A stretch of 64,000 bases of DNA from a virus. Taxonomy: Duplodnaviria; Heunggongvirae; Uroviricota; Caudoviricetes. The DNA is taken from positions 10,116 through 74,115 of the IMG/VR virus record IMGVR_UViG_3300046779_001955, one strand, 5' to 3'. The position numbers were made by a program, and so were the translations under genes. This document shows positions 1 through 9,324 of the stretch, one piece after another. The notes under the pieces were generated by a model that was not told the DNA's origin, did not search any database, and was given only the letters and a program-made list of their open reading frames with translations. How positions within the stretch are numbered: position 1 is the first letter of the stretch; every line of letters starts with the position of its first letter.

Positions 1-51
1 GTATGTGTAAATCTCCAAACTCTAAATGTAGGTCAGAACAAACTGCAATTT

Positions 52-417
52 TCATTTACTGGTTACCTCTGTGCCCGATGGGCTTTGTGATTTGAGAGTT
101 TTGATTGTGTCGGGGTCACCGTCGACAATTTGTATGCTAAAATTTTCCCAACGAAGTTTTATTGCTGCTACTAGTTCTTGATAATCACTGCCTTGTGCAA
201 TAAATTCGTTTGTTGAATGGTTATAAAGTAGAAATTGCCCATCACATGATTCTAAACGAGCAGGCACTACATCCAATTTCACTTTTGTTTTGTAGTCACT
301 GTCTTGTTCGGATAGCACTTCTTCCACTGCCTTTTCGATAGCACTGCGAATTTGAAACATGCAAATAATATATCCCAACACCAAGCCTAACACAAAATCC
401 CACATTGCTGACTCCAA
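52..417 (-). CDS. hypothetical protein with N-terminal transmembrane helix
   Basis: 121-aa ORF; hydrophobic N-terminus; sigma70-like promoter immediately upstream. Confidence 0.5.
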   Translation of the reverse strand: MESAMWDFVLGLVLGYIICMFQIRSAIEKAVEEVLSEQDSDYKTKVKLDVVPARLESCDGQFLLYNHSTNEFIAQGSDYQELVAAIKLRWENFSIQIVDGDPDTIKTLKSQSPSGTEVTSK

Positions 418-437
418 ACTGTTATTTACATTGGGTT

Positions 438-466
438 ATTATAGAGTATGTTAGAATCTAGGTCAA
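438..466 (-). promoter_or_regulatory. sigma70-like promoter (TTGACC-17nt-TATAAT on minus strand)
   Basis: revcomp reads TTGACC tagattctaacatactc TATAAT; -10 at 438-443, -35 at 461-466. Confidence 0.6.
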
Positions 467-470
467 TGAA

Positions 471-491
471 AAAAGGCGCCGAAGCGCCTTG
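471..491 (-). terminator. rho-independent terminator, GGCGC-UUCG-GCGCC hairpin plus T6
   Basis: minus strand GGCGCTTCGGCGCCTTTTTT directly after stop of 511..777; UUCG tetraloop. Confidence 0.75.
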
Positions 492-510
492 TTGCCTCAC
501 ACGCGATTGA

Positions 511-777
511 TTAGGCAAGTCCCAATGCAATGGCTTTGTAACCAGCAGCAATCAAGCGACGGCTTGGCTTGCCCATGACATACTCGGTTACTTCAACTCC
601 ATTTGCGGCTTTGCGCTTGTCAGTGTACACACAGAAGCCGTGATTGCGAATACGGCTAATTTCAGCTGCTAGGTTGCCGATGCCCATTTTCTTGGCACGT
701 GAAGCAGAGATTGCCTCGCCGCTACGTAGAACTTGGAACACTTTGTAAGTTTTGGTTTCTTCGTTGATGAGTTTCAC
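511..777 (-). CDS. hypothetical protein (GTG start)
   Basis: 88-aa ORF; SD AAAGGTAA 6 nt upstream of GTG; followed by terminator. Confidence 0.5.
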   Translation of the reverse strand: MKLINEETKTYKVFQVLRSGEAISASRAKKMGIGNLAAEISRIRNHGFCVYTDKRKAANGVEVTEYVMGKPSRRLIAAGYKAIALGLA

Positions 778-866
778 AGTTATTACCTTTCAAAAAATTG
801 TGCTGTTTTTGCAGCTTCAATGATTATAATAGCCATGTGTTAACAAAGCAACAATTTAGGCAAAAC

Positions 867-1235
867 TTATGCAACAAGTTTGCCGGAAATTTCTTCCACG
901 TGGCGACATTTGCTGCGGTATTTAAAACCCGGGCACGAACATACCAATTGCTGTCCTACCATCTCCACTGTGTAGGAATTTCCTTTGCTGCCTGCCACAG
1001 TCCAGATTGATGACGATTGTTTGGGTTTCTCCTTGGGTATGACATAGTTCCACTGATTTTTGACTGCAACAAATCGGCGACGCCGTGCGTCAAATCGGAT
1101 TGGTGTTTTGAATTCTCGGACTGTATTGGTGCCTTGAACCACGTAGGCATACATTTTGTCTTTGCTGTCATTGAGGAGATAGATATGGTTAGGAGTTGCT
1201 GTGACCCACTCAGTAGTTTCTTGAAAGAAATTCAT
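867..1235 (-). CDS. SWIM zinc-finger domain protein
   Basis: CxC-x9-CxH motif (CSCPGFKYRSKCRH); start chosen at internal ATG 1235 forming ATGA overlap with upstream gene. Confidence 0.55.
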   Translation of the reverse strand: MNFFQETTEWVTATPNHIYLLNDSKDKMYAYVVQGTNTVREFKTPIRFDARRRRFVAVKNQWNYVIPKEKPKQSSSIWTVAGSKGNSYTVEMVGQQLVCSCPGFKYRSKCRHVEEISGKLVA

Positions 1236-1420
1236 GATGCCCTTGCAGCCATGCCGGCAAAAGTAATAACGTAATACACGCCCAACAAACCACAGATAAG
1301 GGCAAAGAACCATTGGTACCAAGCCGGTTTTGTGCCTTCGGCTTGATTAATAAGGATAGTGCAGGCAAACATACCCGACATCCAAATCAAACAATACATT
1401 ACTACAGCAAAGATAATCAT
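1232..1420 (-). CDS. small integral membrane protein
   Basis: 62 aa, two hydrophobic segments; promoter at 1449-1477 upstream. Confidence 0.5.
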   Translation of the reverse strand: MIIFAVVMYCLIWMSGMFACTILINQAEGTKPAWYQWFFALICGLLGVYYVITFAGMAARAS

Positions 1421-1448
1421 AGCAAATCCAAGTTGCCTAAGTTTTAAT

Positions 1449-1477
1449 ATTATAGCAAAGGTTGGTTAATTGGTCAA
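1449..1477 (-). promoter_or_regulatory. sigma70-like promoter TTGACC-17-TATAAT
   Basis: revcomp TTGACCaattaaccaacctttgcTATAAT; shares TTGACCAAT extension with other copies. Confidence 0.6.
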
Positions 1478-1675
1478 CCAACTGCAAACCTGCGTGTCTT
1501 GCAAATGTTGCAATTATTGCAATACCTAATTTGATAATATACTCTGTAGTTCCAGATATTTCGTACATGCGAGTTTTCGGGCCCGAGCCATTTGTCCCAT
1601 TGGTGGACACCCAAGGCACAACGCCAATTGTCTCCGAGTGTGGGTAAGTTTTGCAGTATCCGCCACATATTGCGT

Positions 1676-2005
1676 TTAGAGCTGTTCATAATCCGGTGTT
1701 GATAAAATTCGTGCCACAAGATTCTTTTGCCATGCTTCAAACGCTTCGTTCTTGGTTAACCAGGAATTTACAACTTCATAGCTACCCCAACTGCCGCGTG
1801 GTGCATTGAATTCTACCCACTGTATGACGTGTGCTAGTTCAGGTCGATTCCAACCATCGGCTCTAGCAGCAGCACCGTACAGGTCATTGGCCAGGACCGC
1901 TGTGGCAAAGCTACCCGGAGGAAGAGCATGATCCCAATATCGCCTAAATGCTTCTTCAAGGGTTTTGTTTCGGAGATCCCTCATCTCGTCTTTGCGTTGA
2001 CTCAT
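1676..2005 (-). CDS. hypothetical protein
   Basis: 109-aa ORF, no recognised motif. Confidence 0.5.
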   Translation of the reverse strand: MSQRKDEMRDLRNKTLEEAFRRYWDHALPPGSFATAVLANDLYGAAARADGWNRPELAHVIQWVEFNAPRGSWGSYEVVNSWLTKNEAFEAWQKNLVARILSTPDYEQL

Positions 2006-2128
2006 TTTGTTTCTCCACGGGTTGAACTATCACTGTTGCCGGAGGCTCGGGCCAAACTTTTTCCTTGATGGCATTGGCACCGATCCATCCCCAGGCACTA
2101 AAAAATCCCCATACAATCATATCTAATA

Positions 2129-2395
2129 TCATTCCCACTCCTCAGGTACAGTATAGTAATCCCACTTTTGTCCGCCTATCTTTTCCCATGCGTCCCACTT
2201 TTTTATTTCATCTTTGCAATTCTTGGGCATAGCAATGCTACCAACTACTGCACTGCAATGTCCGCAGCGATATGCTATACCTGAATTTTCATCGTAATAT
2301 GCAATACCACCGCAAGGCAGCTTCATCAAGGAATACCGGTCCACTAACTCTTGCTTGTATCCCGCACCACCAGGTGCCCAATCAAATTTACTCAT
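2129..2395 (-). CDS. hypothetical Cys-containing small protein
   Basis: 88 aa; CGG...CGHC cysteine pairs. Confidence 0.4.
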   Translation of the reverse strand: MSKFDWAPGGAGYKQELVDRYSLMKLPCGGIAYYDENSGIAYRCGHCSAVVGSIAMPKNCKDEIKKWDAWEKIGGQKWDYYTVPEEWE

Positions 2396-2396
2396 G

Positions 2397-2621
2397 TTAA
2401 TCCAGTGCCACAGACTTCATTGACTTCTTGCCGATCCAATGTTCATAAGTTACGCAAGTTGCACGTTCTTTGACACCAATCGGACTGGGTTCTCGTTGGT
2501 TAACAATTTTTCGTTGGAATACACAAGTCTTTCGATCTTGTACCACTTCGTGTCGTTTATCAATGAAATCACCTGCTGGTGAATACATTGCAATAATCAA
2601 TACCCAAGCGCCGGAATTCAT
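2397..2621 (-). CDS. hypothetical protein
   Basis: 74-aa ORF abutting previous gene. Confidence 0.4.
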   Translation of the reverse strand: MNSGAWVLIIAMYSPAGDFIDKRHEVVQDRKTCVFQRKIVNQREPSPIGVKERATCVTYEHWIGKKSMKSVALD

Positions 2622-2657
2622 GGAAATCTCCTAATTTAGGCTATGATTATACAATGA

Positions 2658-3719
2658 TTAGAATTTTTGATCAAGTGGTTTTGGCCGACGTTGGTTGCCA
2701 AATGCATTGATATAGTGTATGAGCTTTTGGTAAGATCCTGGTTTAGGAGATTTCCCAATTAAGTCAAGATATGATTCCAGTCCTTGGTATTGACTAGTGT
2801 CAAGATTTAGATTAGGGCCATCCCAACTCATTAAGCTCATGTAATCAGGTTCAATAAGAGGTATTATGGTGTGGTTAACACCTTTGCCTTGAGCATACGC
2901 AACAACTTCTGGTAGATCTTGTATGTTTAAAATACTCAATGTAGTGTGTAGTTCAACATAGTTGGCACACATAATATACTGATCAATACTGCTAGTTACT
3001 TCGAGCCAGTTGGAATCATATCTAATCCAACTGGCTCGTTCTCCAACAGCATCAACACTGATGAACACATGTATTTCCTTCCATGCCTGTTTTAAAATTT
3101 CAAATAGTCGAATATTCTTTGTGCCATTAGTGGTAATTTCTAACTTGGTACGAGTGGAATATCCTTCGGTCAATAAAAAATCCACAAATTGTAACACCAA
3201 AGGATTGTAGGCCGGCTCACCACCTTGTATACAAATGGTAACATCGTCGTGGTAGTTATAACTTTTTAATATATTGTTTTTTAAGTTATCCCAATGTGAT
3301 TTGAACTCGGTATTGGGGTTGGAAAACGTCACATCCAATAGTCCTGCATGTTCTTTGTGTTTTTGGATTTTAGAACTGTAGTTTTCGTTACAAGTCCAAC
3401 AGGCCAAGTTACATGCACTTCCAAAGTTTATACTCCATTCTCTCGGATATGCTGGATTTACAATTGGATTGAGTTTGTTGATGCTGGTGCGCATACTAGC
3501 ACCGGTGCGTTCTTGTATAGCACAATTTTGGCATTCAGGTGGAAACTGCTCGTATTGAAATTGTTCTTTAAACTCATTGAACCGATGATTGGTGTTCCAC
3601 CAGTGATCAAAATCTTGATTGTCGCTGACAATCTCAGGATTAACAGCACAGCAATTTCTATACTGTCCATTGGGCAACACAAAGGCTCGAACAAAAGGCA
3701 TTACGCAAAAGGGTTTCAT
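2658..3719 (-). CDS. radical SAM enzyme with Cys-rich N-terminal extension
   Basis: CNLACWTC (CX3CX2C) core, GGEP SAM-binding motif; N-terminal CxxPF-x12-G-x4-CC ... CxxC resembling an auxiliary-cluster (SPASM/twitch-like) motif. Confidence 0.85.
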   Translation of the reverse strand: MKPFCVMPFVRAFVLPNGQYRNCCAVNPEIVSDNQDFDHWWNTNHRFNEFKEQFQYEQFPPECQNCAIQERTGASMRTSINKLNPIVNPAYPREWSINFGSACNLACWTCNENYSSKIQKHKEHAGLLDVTFSNPNTEFKSHWDNLKNNILKSYNYHDDVTICIQGGEPAYNPLVLQFVDFLLTEGYSTRTKLEITTNGTKNIRLFEILKQAWKEIHVFISVDAVGERASWIRYDSNWLEVTSSIDQYIMCANYVELHTTLSILNIQDLPEVVAYAQGKGVNHTIIPLIEPDYMSLMSWDGPNLNLDTSQYQGLESYLDLIGKSPKPGSYQKLIHYINAFGNQRRPKPLDQKF

Positions 3720-4867
3720 AGAAGTTTTGCCAGTGTGCTTAGATAATTTCCTGTGTTCTTTTGAGCACTTAATAAGTCAAGTAAATCAGGATTTTGTCTA
3801 GCAATAAGTTTTTTACTAATTGCCGAATTCAACATTTGATCAATTTGATCTTTCCATGGCAACATTAAAAATTGTTTTAGAATGTTGATATCTCTCAATG
3901 GCGTAAAGGTCAAGGTGTTGCCAAGATGCCAGTGTTGGTGATCATTAGCAGCACATTCTAAAATGTGTTTGCGTAATGCCATAATATCAGATACCGGATG
4001 ATCTACTTGGCTTTGATACTTTTTCTGATTGTCTTCAATCATAAAGTACTCCCGATGCAGATAATTTTGATTTTTCAGCAGCTGATTTATTGAAGTACCA
4101 TGATGCATTGCCAACAAGTTTCCCATCTCAGGATTGCGCAAGGTAAATTCGTCTCCAGGGCATCCACTTACCAAAACAGTGGGCTTGATCCAATGGTGCA
4201 TTTGTTTGTAAGCCCAGTGATTAGATACTATAGTGTGATGATTACATACCCAAAAACGATCAAATTCAAGGTGTTCAGCTAATACTACTTCGTGTGGTAT
4301 TTCTAGTTTTTGTAAGTAACCCAACATCAAAGTAGTGTCAATACCACCACTCAGAAATATTTTTACTGGAAGATTATTGTAACTAAAAAAGTAATCAAAT
4401 TTTTCTGTTAGTATCTCATCAACATATTCAATCACCTCATCAACAGTTCTCTCTTGGGTTGGTACCTCAGTGATAACGTCAACACCGTCAGTTTTGAATG
4501 TAAGATCCTTGTTTAAAGTCAGTAAACTATCGGCAAAAATCTTTCGACTGAGTGGACAAAGATTTGTTACACCAAAGTTAGGATCATACCACAGTGGAAA
4601 ACTTCGGTACAAACTATGACGAACTTGAGCAGTTTCGTCAGATAAAATTATAATACAGTAGTTTCCACTTCGTGTAACATTGTTGTCAACAATATTGTAA
4701 ATTTCTAGATCAAGATCACCGTGATCAAGATACCCTTTGTAAGCTATAGTTTCTCGATTATGCTCAAGTATATTCCAACCTTGATCCATGTCAAGATGCC
4801 AACCGCGATGGTAATGTCCGTTGACACTAAAATTTAACTTTGGTGATCTGCTAATTGAAAAAAACAT
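3716..4867 (-). CDS. asparagine synthetase-like PP-loop ATP pyrophosphatase (amide/lactam synthetase-like), no N-terminal Cys nucleophile
   Basis: SGGIDTT PP-loop motif mid-protein (~res 172) as in AsnB C-domain; N-domain lacks Cys2; 4-nt overlap with radical SAM gene. Confidence 0.7.
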   Translation of the reverse strand: MFFSISRSPKLNFSVNGHYHRGWHLDMDQGWNILEHNRETIAYKGYLDHGDLDLEIYNIVDNNVTRSGNYCIIILSDETAQVRHSLYRSFPLWYDPNFGVTNLCPLSRKIFADSLLTLNKDLTFKTDGVDVITEVPTQERTVDEVIEYVDEILTEKFDYFFSYNNLPVKIFLSGGIDTTLMLGYLQKLEIPHEVVLAEHLEFDRFWVCNHHTIVSNHWAYKQMHHWIKPTVLVSGCPGDEFTLRNPEMGNLLAMHHGTSINQLLKNQNYLHREYFMIEDNQKKYQSQVDHPVSDIMALRKHILECAANDHQHWHLGNTLTFTPLRDINILKQFLMLPWKDQIDQMLNSAISKKLIARQNPDLLDLLSAQKNTGNYLSTLAKLL

Positions 4868-5454
4868 TATTGTCTCTTGTTTATGACTTTATCTGCTAGT
4901 CCGTATGCCACAGCATCTTCGGCGGTCATGAAATTGTCTCGTTCCATATCCTTTTCAAGTTCACTATAATCCTTACCAGTGTGCGTAGCGTAGATATCAG
5001 TCAAAACTTTTTTCCAACGCAGCAATTCTCGTGCTTGAATTTCAACGTCAGTTGCTTGCCCTGATGCACCACCTAGGGGTTGATGAATCATGTGTCGAGC
5101 ATTGGGTAGAATGAACCTGTGTCCGTGTGCCCCGGCCATTGCCAGTAAAGAACCCATGCTGGCTGCTTGGCCCAACACAATAGTATGTATCGGACAACGC
5201 ACAAATTGCATAGTATCATAGATACTCATACCTGCTGTGACACTGCCGCCCGGTGAGTTAATGTAAAAATTAATGGGCTTGTCAGGATCTTCGCTTTCTA
5301 GGAATAGCATTTGAGCTACGATCAGGCTAGCTGAGTGACTTGAAACTTCGGTATCTAGCATGATTACACGGTCCTTTAGCAGCCTAGAATAGATATCATA
5401 GCTGCGCTCGCCCTTGGAAGTGTGCTCGATTACTATGGGAACCAGGTTTGGCAT
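4867..5454 (-). CDS. clpP: ATP-dependent Clp protease proteolytic subunit ClpP
   Basis: [23 protein letters not shown] motifs; start at ATG 5454 with AAGGAG SD (ORF-track start 5511 is an upstream extension). Confidence 0.95.
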   Translation of the reverse strand: MPNLVPIVIEHTSKGERSYDIYSRLLKDRVIMLDTEVSSHSASLIVAQMLFLESEDPDKPINFYINSPGGSVTAGMSIYDTMQFVRCPIHTIVLGQAASMGSLLAMAGAHGHRFILPNARHMIHQPLGGASGQATDVEIQARELLRWKKVLTDIYATHTGKDYSELEKDMERDNFMTAEDAVAYGLADKVINKRQ

Positions 5455-5482
5455 TACGTCTCCTTGTTTAGATAAGTAAAGT

Positions 5483-5511
5483 ATTATAACATAACATCCA
5501 ATGATACGCAA
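5483..5511 (-). promoter_or_regulatory. candidate promoter for clpP (TTGCGT-17-TATAAT)
   Basis: revcomp TTGCGTatcattggatgttatgtTATAAT upstream of clpP SD. Confidence 0.4.
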
Positions 5512-7069
5512 GATTCTTGATCAACTCAGCTTTTTAACTGAAAGTACTGGTTTAGCCAATCGCAAACCCGGTGATGTTTTTGCCGATCCTGAAGGCAACG
5601 AGATACGTTTTCAAAGTATTGATTTCTTTCCCCCTGGTGGTGGCAAATATCAAACATCTGAAGAAACACAGAAAGCCATTGACATTGCAATCAAATCTAT
5701 TGGCGTAACACCAATAGAAACAAATTGGTTTCGTGGGTCAACTCGATCATTTGGCATAGCACAATTCCAAGATGCACAAGGGAATCCCTTGGCATTTATT
5801 AGATATTTTGACAAAGAACTTAGTGCTGATCCTAGAGGTAACTATTGGGATAATCAAGGGGGTATACCAGGCTATCGCTATCAGGGCAAAGCTGCTGTAA
5901 AAACTCAGAGCAACGCCACGCCCCAGGATATTTTGACTCAACTAGATGATCTAACTCCTGCAGATATTTTGCGTCAAGTCGAAGAAAAGTTCCCAGGTAG
6001 TAATTTGGTAACAGTTACACAGCATTTGGTGTCAGGTGGTGAGTTACCATTTACTTTTATGCGGCCGCAAGAGATGGATATCTCGGCATTTCAAGATTAT
6101 TTTTGTGAGCTATTACAACCAATCGCGCTACAAACCGGACAGTTTGAAGGTGAAGCTGCGGCTGCTGCATTGGCATTTTTGCCTGATGGAGGTTTTTCTG
6201 ATACTACTATTAACTTCAGTACCAGTAAGACCGAAGGACTCAGTGATTCTATAATGACTGCTCCCGATGGCAGATCAATCAAAGTCAGTAGCAAGGGAGG
6301 TAAAGGTGCACCAGCTTCAGTGGTCAACATTCTCAATGCCTATGACGAATTACAACGCACAGCCAACGGACGCAAATTAACTAAAAAACTAATCAACACA
6401 GTTGAAATTCTCAACACAATCAAAAACACAGGCCAGGCTGAAGGTCCGTTGGTGTTGGCACAACAGTTTGGTATAATCACAGAAAAAGACGCAGAATTTA
6501 TTCGAGCACTCAAGCAAGTAAGACCTTTGCCCTTGGACTCTTTCAAAGATGTCAGTATCAGAGGTAAACAACCTTCTAAAAACCTTGTAAAACTAGCCAA
6601 GGAACGCAACACTAAAGAACCCATGCAGGTAAACTTCTTTTACCATCTCATGGCCAGTGTTGCTTTCAAGGTAGCTGACTATGTCAACAACAAAACTGAT
6701 TTCGGCAAAGATACTGCTGTTATTCTCAACAACAGTGCCTTGATCCAAGTCTACACCAAAGTAACAGCCCGTGGACAACAATGGACATTGCAAAAGTTTG
6801 GTAGTAAGTGGCCTGGATCTATATTCAGTCCCATTGCACTTGATCCTTCCAAGTCATATTACAGCACAGGAATCAAACAAAAATTTACTTTTGATATGAA
6901 GCCTAGAAAGAAATCTTTAGATGATCCACAATCAGCTCATGCTGATATATCTGATCCTGACACTGAATTCAAACGCAGCAAAGTAAAAGCAGCGCAACCT
7001 GAATCACCGCTGGGTAGTGAAAAAACTCTAGGACGTCGCAGACGTCAACGTGCAAATACTGATACATGA
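5501..7069 (+). CDS. hypothetical 522-aa protein (plus strand, between the two clpP paralogs)
   Basis: long uninterrupted ORF; Arg-rich C-terminal tail RRRRQR; no recognised motif. Confidence 0.6.
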   Translation: MIRKILDQLSFLTESTGLANRKPGDVFADPEGNEIRFQSIDFFPPGGGKYQTSEETQKAIDIAIKSIGVTPIETNWFRGSTRSFGIAQFQDAQGNPLAFIRYFDKELSADPRGNYWDNQGGIPGYRYQGKAAVKTQSNATPQDILTQLDDLTPADILRQVEEKFPGSNLVTVTQHLVSGGELPFTFMRPQEMDISAFQDYFCELLQPIALQTGQFEGEAAAAALAFLPDGGFSDTTINFSTSKTEGLSDSIMTAPDGRSIKVSSKGGKGAPASVVNILNAYDELQRTANGRKLTKKLINTVEILNTIKNTGQAEGPLVLAQQFGIITEKDAEFIRALKQVRPLPLDSFKDVSIRGKQPSKNLVKLAKERNTKEPMQVNFFYHLMASVAFKVADYVNNKTDFGKDTAVILNNSALIQVYTKVTARGQQWTLQKFGSKWPGSIFSPIALDPSKSYYSTGIKQKFTFDMKPRKKSLDDPQSAHADISDPDTEFKRSKVKAAQPESPLGSEKTLGRRRRQRANTDT

Positions 7070-7611
7070 TCAGTGATATTAAATTTCTGTGCTTCTTCGG
7101 CGCTGAGCCAAATATCTTGCGGTGGTAGCAAATACGTGCGTATATCATCTTCGCTCATACCAGTACACTGTTGATAGTGATTAAGCATCCTGGTCTGTGT
7201 TAGATCAAATTCTTTGATCCTTGCAAATAATTCGTGTGCCTTGCCATCACTTTCCCAAGTAAACTGATGGCTCAATATTGATGTGTTAGGAGTTAAAACT
7301 CTACGTCCTGGTGCACCCGATATAAAGATCAGCAGTGCTGCCGAAGCAATTTGTCCCAGGCCAACTGTTTTAATTGGGGTCGGTGAACTCATCATTACAT
7401 CAATAAGAGCAAAGGCCGCGCTCATGTCACCACCCTCGCTACATATCATCAACAGTAATTCTTTCTTCTTTCGTCGTGTTACATAATTAGATTGAAGAAT
7501 CCATTCAATAACTGGTTTAACACTGTCTATGGTGATTTCTCCCATGAGAAGAAACATTCCCGAATCATTTATCGAAGACACTGCTACTTCATCATCTTTT
7601 TCTGCTGTCAT
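7045..7611 (-). CDS. ClpP-family protease paralog (ClpP2-like), catalytic triad apparently intact
   Basis: SEGG, GQIASAA (Ser), LSHQF (His), Asp near C-term aligned to ClpP triad. Confidence 0.8.
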   Translation of the reverse strand: MTAEKDDEVAVSSINDSGMFLLMGEITIDSVKPVIEWILQSNYVTRRKKKELLLMICSEGGDMSAAFALIDVMMSSPTPIKTVGLGQIASAALLIFISGAPGRRVLTPNTSILSHQFTWESDGKAHELFARIKEFDLTQTRMLNHYQQCTGMSEDDIRTYLLPPQDIWLSAEEAQKFNITDHVSVFAR

Positions 7612-7627
7612 GTAATCTCCGTGAAAA

Positions 7628-7666
7628 AGCCCAAGTACATTATAACATGTAACTTGGGCTTTGCAA
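7628..7666 (-). promoter_or_regulatory. hairpin (8-bp stem, 16-nt loop) plus T-run overlapping a TTGCAA-16-TATAAT promoter
   Basis: minus strand GCCCAAGT...ACTTGGGC TTTTT after lipoprotein gene; loop carries TATAAT; upstream of clpP2-like. Confidence 0.4.
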
Positions 7667-7679
7667 CTAGATTTGGTTA

Positions 7680-8273
7680 TTATTCAGCTGCGCGATTGGC
7701 GTTGGCATCCAATTCTTTGGTGACATCAGCAGCACGAATTTCGGTGGCTTTACGAGCACGAATTCCATCTTTACGTGCTTGTAATTTATTAGCATCGCCC
7801 ATGGGCAAAGCCACCAAAACATAACTACGGAAACGAGTACCCTCGGCAATGGTTCGAGTGTCTACGATCTCAACACCAGTTACATCAACCTGTGGACACA
7901 TTGAACGAATTGCAGTTTCACTGAGTTCGCTGCCACCGCTTTCATTGTCCATCATAAAGACTTTACTTTGCTGATCAACCTTGCCGCCTGCTGACATACA
8001 AATTTTGCCCATTGCCATGAGTTTGGCTTTGGTACGAGCCATCTCCATGTCACGACTTACTGAAGTGCCGTTTGCATAAACTGCACTGTCTGAACTAGGT
8101 ACTTTCTCCATCCATGCCGGAGCCTTGTCAATAGCACGTTCAGCATACTTAACCTGGCGCTCGCGTTCAGCATCAGCACGTTTTTCAAACTTGTCATTGG
8201 TTGTACTACAAGCTGACAAAGTTGCGGCAACTGCTGCAACAAAAACCAATCGATTCAACATTTTATACCTCAT
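7680..8273 (-). CDS. lipoprotein (LPP20-like?)
   Basis: signal peptide with lipobox LSAC; 197 aa. Confidence 0.7.
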   Translation of the reverse strand: MRYKMLNRLVFVAAVAATLSACSTTNDKFEKRADAERERQVKYAERAIDKAPAWMEKVPSSDSAVYANGTSVSRDMEMARTKAKLMAMGKICMSAGGKVDQQSKVFMMDNESGGSELSETAIRSMCPQVDVTGVEIVDTRTIAEGTRFRSYVLVALPMGDANKLQARKDGIRARKATEIRAADVTKELDANANRAAE

Positions 8274-8395
8274 TATTTAGAAGAAATCCAATCGCCAACA
8301 CGACCTAAGTCTTTGCCAGCACCACTAATTGTACCACCTATTGTGCCACAGGCTGCTAGGCTTGTAACTAATAGGGCCAAAACTACAATACGCAT
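8273..8395 (-). CDS. small entericidin-like lipoprotein (40 aa), absent from ORF track
   Basis: MRIVVLALLVTSLAACGTIGGTISGAGKDLGRVGDWISSK; lipobox LAAC; G-x-G-x-D-x-G-R/N pattern like EcnA/B; TAATG overlap with downstream gene. Confidence 0.55.
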   Translation of the reverse strand: MRIVVLALLVTSLAACGTIGGTISGAGKDLGRVGDWISSK

Positions 8396-8419
8396 AAGAC
8401 CTCCATTGTACACGATAAA

Positions 8420-8986
8420 TTAAAAACGGTCAACCACTACCCATTCATTGGCATTGAGTTCGCATACAACACCTTGATATTGGCGCAGATGATCTCGATC
8501 CCAAGCTGGTTCCAGGAACCAACGACATTGCACACCGTTGTGCCAAAAACGATCAGGATAATTTGGATGGGGTCTAAATTGACTAGACTTACCAATCATA
8601 CCCGGCGATGTTTTTTTAATCATGTCAGCATCGGGATTGTCTGAGCATATCATTACTGAATCAGTAACAATTTGTTTTTTGCTCACACGATCGCGTACAT
8701 CGCGTTCGGCTTGCTGCACAGCCTGCGCACACATTTCGGTGCTGGGACGATTGCCATCCCATGTAACTTCACCGTGAGCCGGATGCCACTCGTTATTGAT
8801 TCGAGCACGAAACTCCACTGTACATTTCTTGCCACCGTTGACATCAGGTACTACCGCACGTCTCAAGTCGGCTCGTTCTTGGATGGTTACCTGTGTTCGA
8901 CTCACTGTTTTATCTTGCAAAACACAGTCAGCAGCACTGGCAGAAAGTGCAACCACACTCAGCAATGTTAGATATTTTACGGACAT
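8420..8986 (-). CDS. secreted/periplasmic protein
   Basis: signal peptide (ALSASAADC); 188 aa; several Cys. Confidence 0.6.
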   Translation of the reverse strand: MSVKYLTLLSVVALSASAADCVLQDKTVSRTQVTIQERADLRRAVVPDVNGGKKCTVEFRARINNEWHPAHGEVTWDGNRPSTEMCAQAVQQAERDVRDRVSKKQIVTDSVMICSDNPDADMIKKTSPGMIGKSSQFRPHPNYPDRFWHNGVQCRWFLEPAWDRDHLRQYQGVVCELNANEWVVVDRF

Positions 8987-9324
8987 TCTCTAAGTTCCAT
9001 TAACAGTTGATCAATAAGCCAATTGGTACGTCCACTACTGGATTCGATACGTCGATAATAGTGTTCACCGTCAGTAAACTGTTCCCATGGACGAGTCAGG
9101 TTAGTAAACTTTGCAAACAACATATCGTCAGCACTCATTTTCATTTGTTGCAACATTGCTACTTGTTGCTTTTTGATTTTGCAATTGACTCTAAAAGTGT
9201 CTAAATCGTAAATAGCCATTGGTTCTCGAATCGGAGCACCTGCACAACCCACAAGATTACTAGCGATTGCAATTATAGCGAAGATGCCACATACGAGCTT
9301 TGTACTGACCTTTGCGCTGTTCAT
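8977..9324 (-). CDS. lipoprotein
   Basis: signal peptide plus lipobox LVGC. Confidence 0.6.
   Translation of the reverse strand: MNSAKVSTKLVCGIFAIIAIASNLVGCAGAPIREPMAIYDLDTFRVNCKIKKQQVAMLQQMKMSADDMLFAKFTNLTRPWEQFTDGEHYYRRIESSSGRTNWLIDQLLMELRECP

Noticed and set aside
1437-1740. Three overlapping 60-88-aa ORFs on both strands
   Set aside because: They cover an intergenic stretch containing a TTGACC-17-TATAAT promoter and a palindrome. There is no SD and they overlap each other.
2658-4867. Interpretation of the radical-SAM plus PP-loop pair as QueE/QueC (7-deazaguanine DNA modification)
   Set aside because: In QueC the PP-loop motif sits at the N-terminus with a C-terminal Zn-Cys cluster. 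Here it is mid-protein with an AsnB-like N-domain and no C-terminal Cys cluster. The radical SAM protein is larger than QueE and has an N-terminal Cys-rich region. I kept this only as a low-probability alternative.
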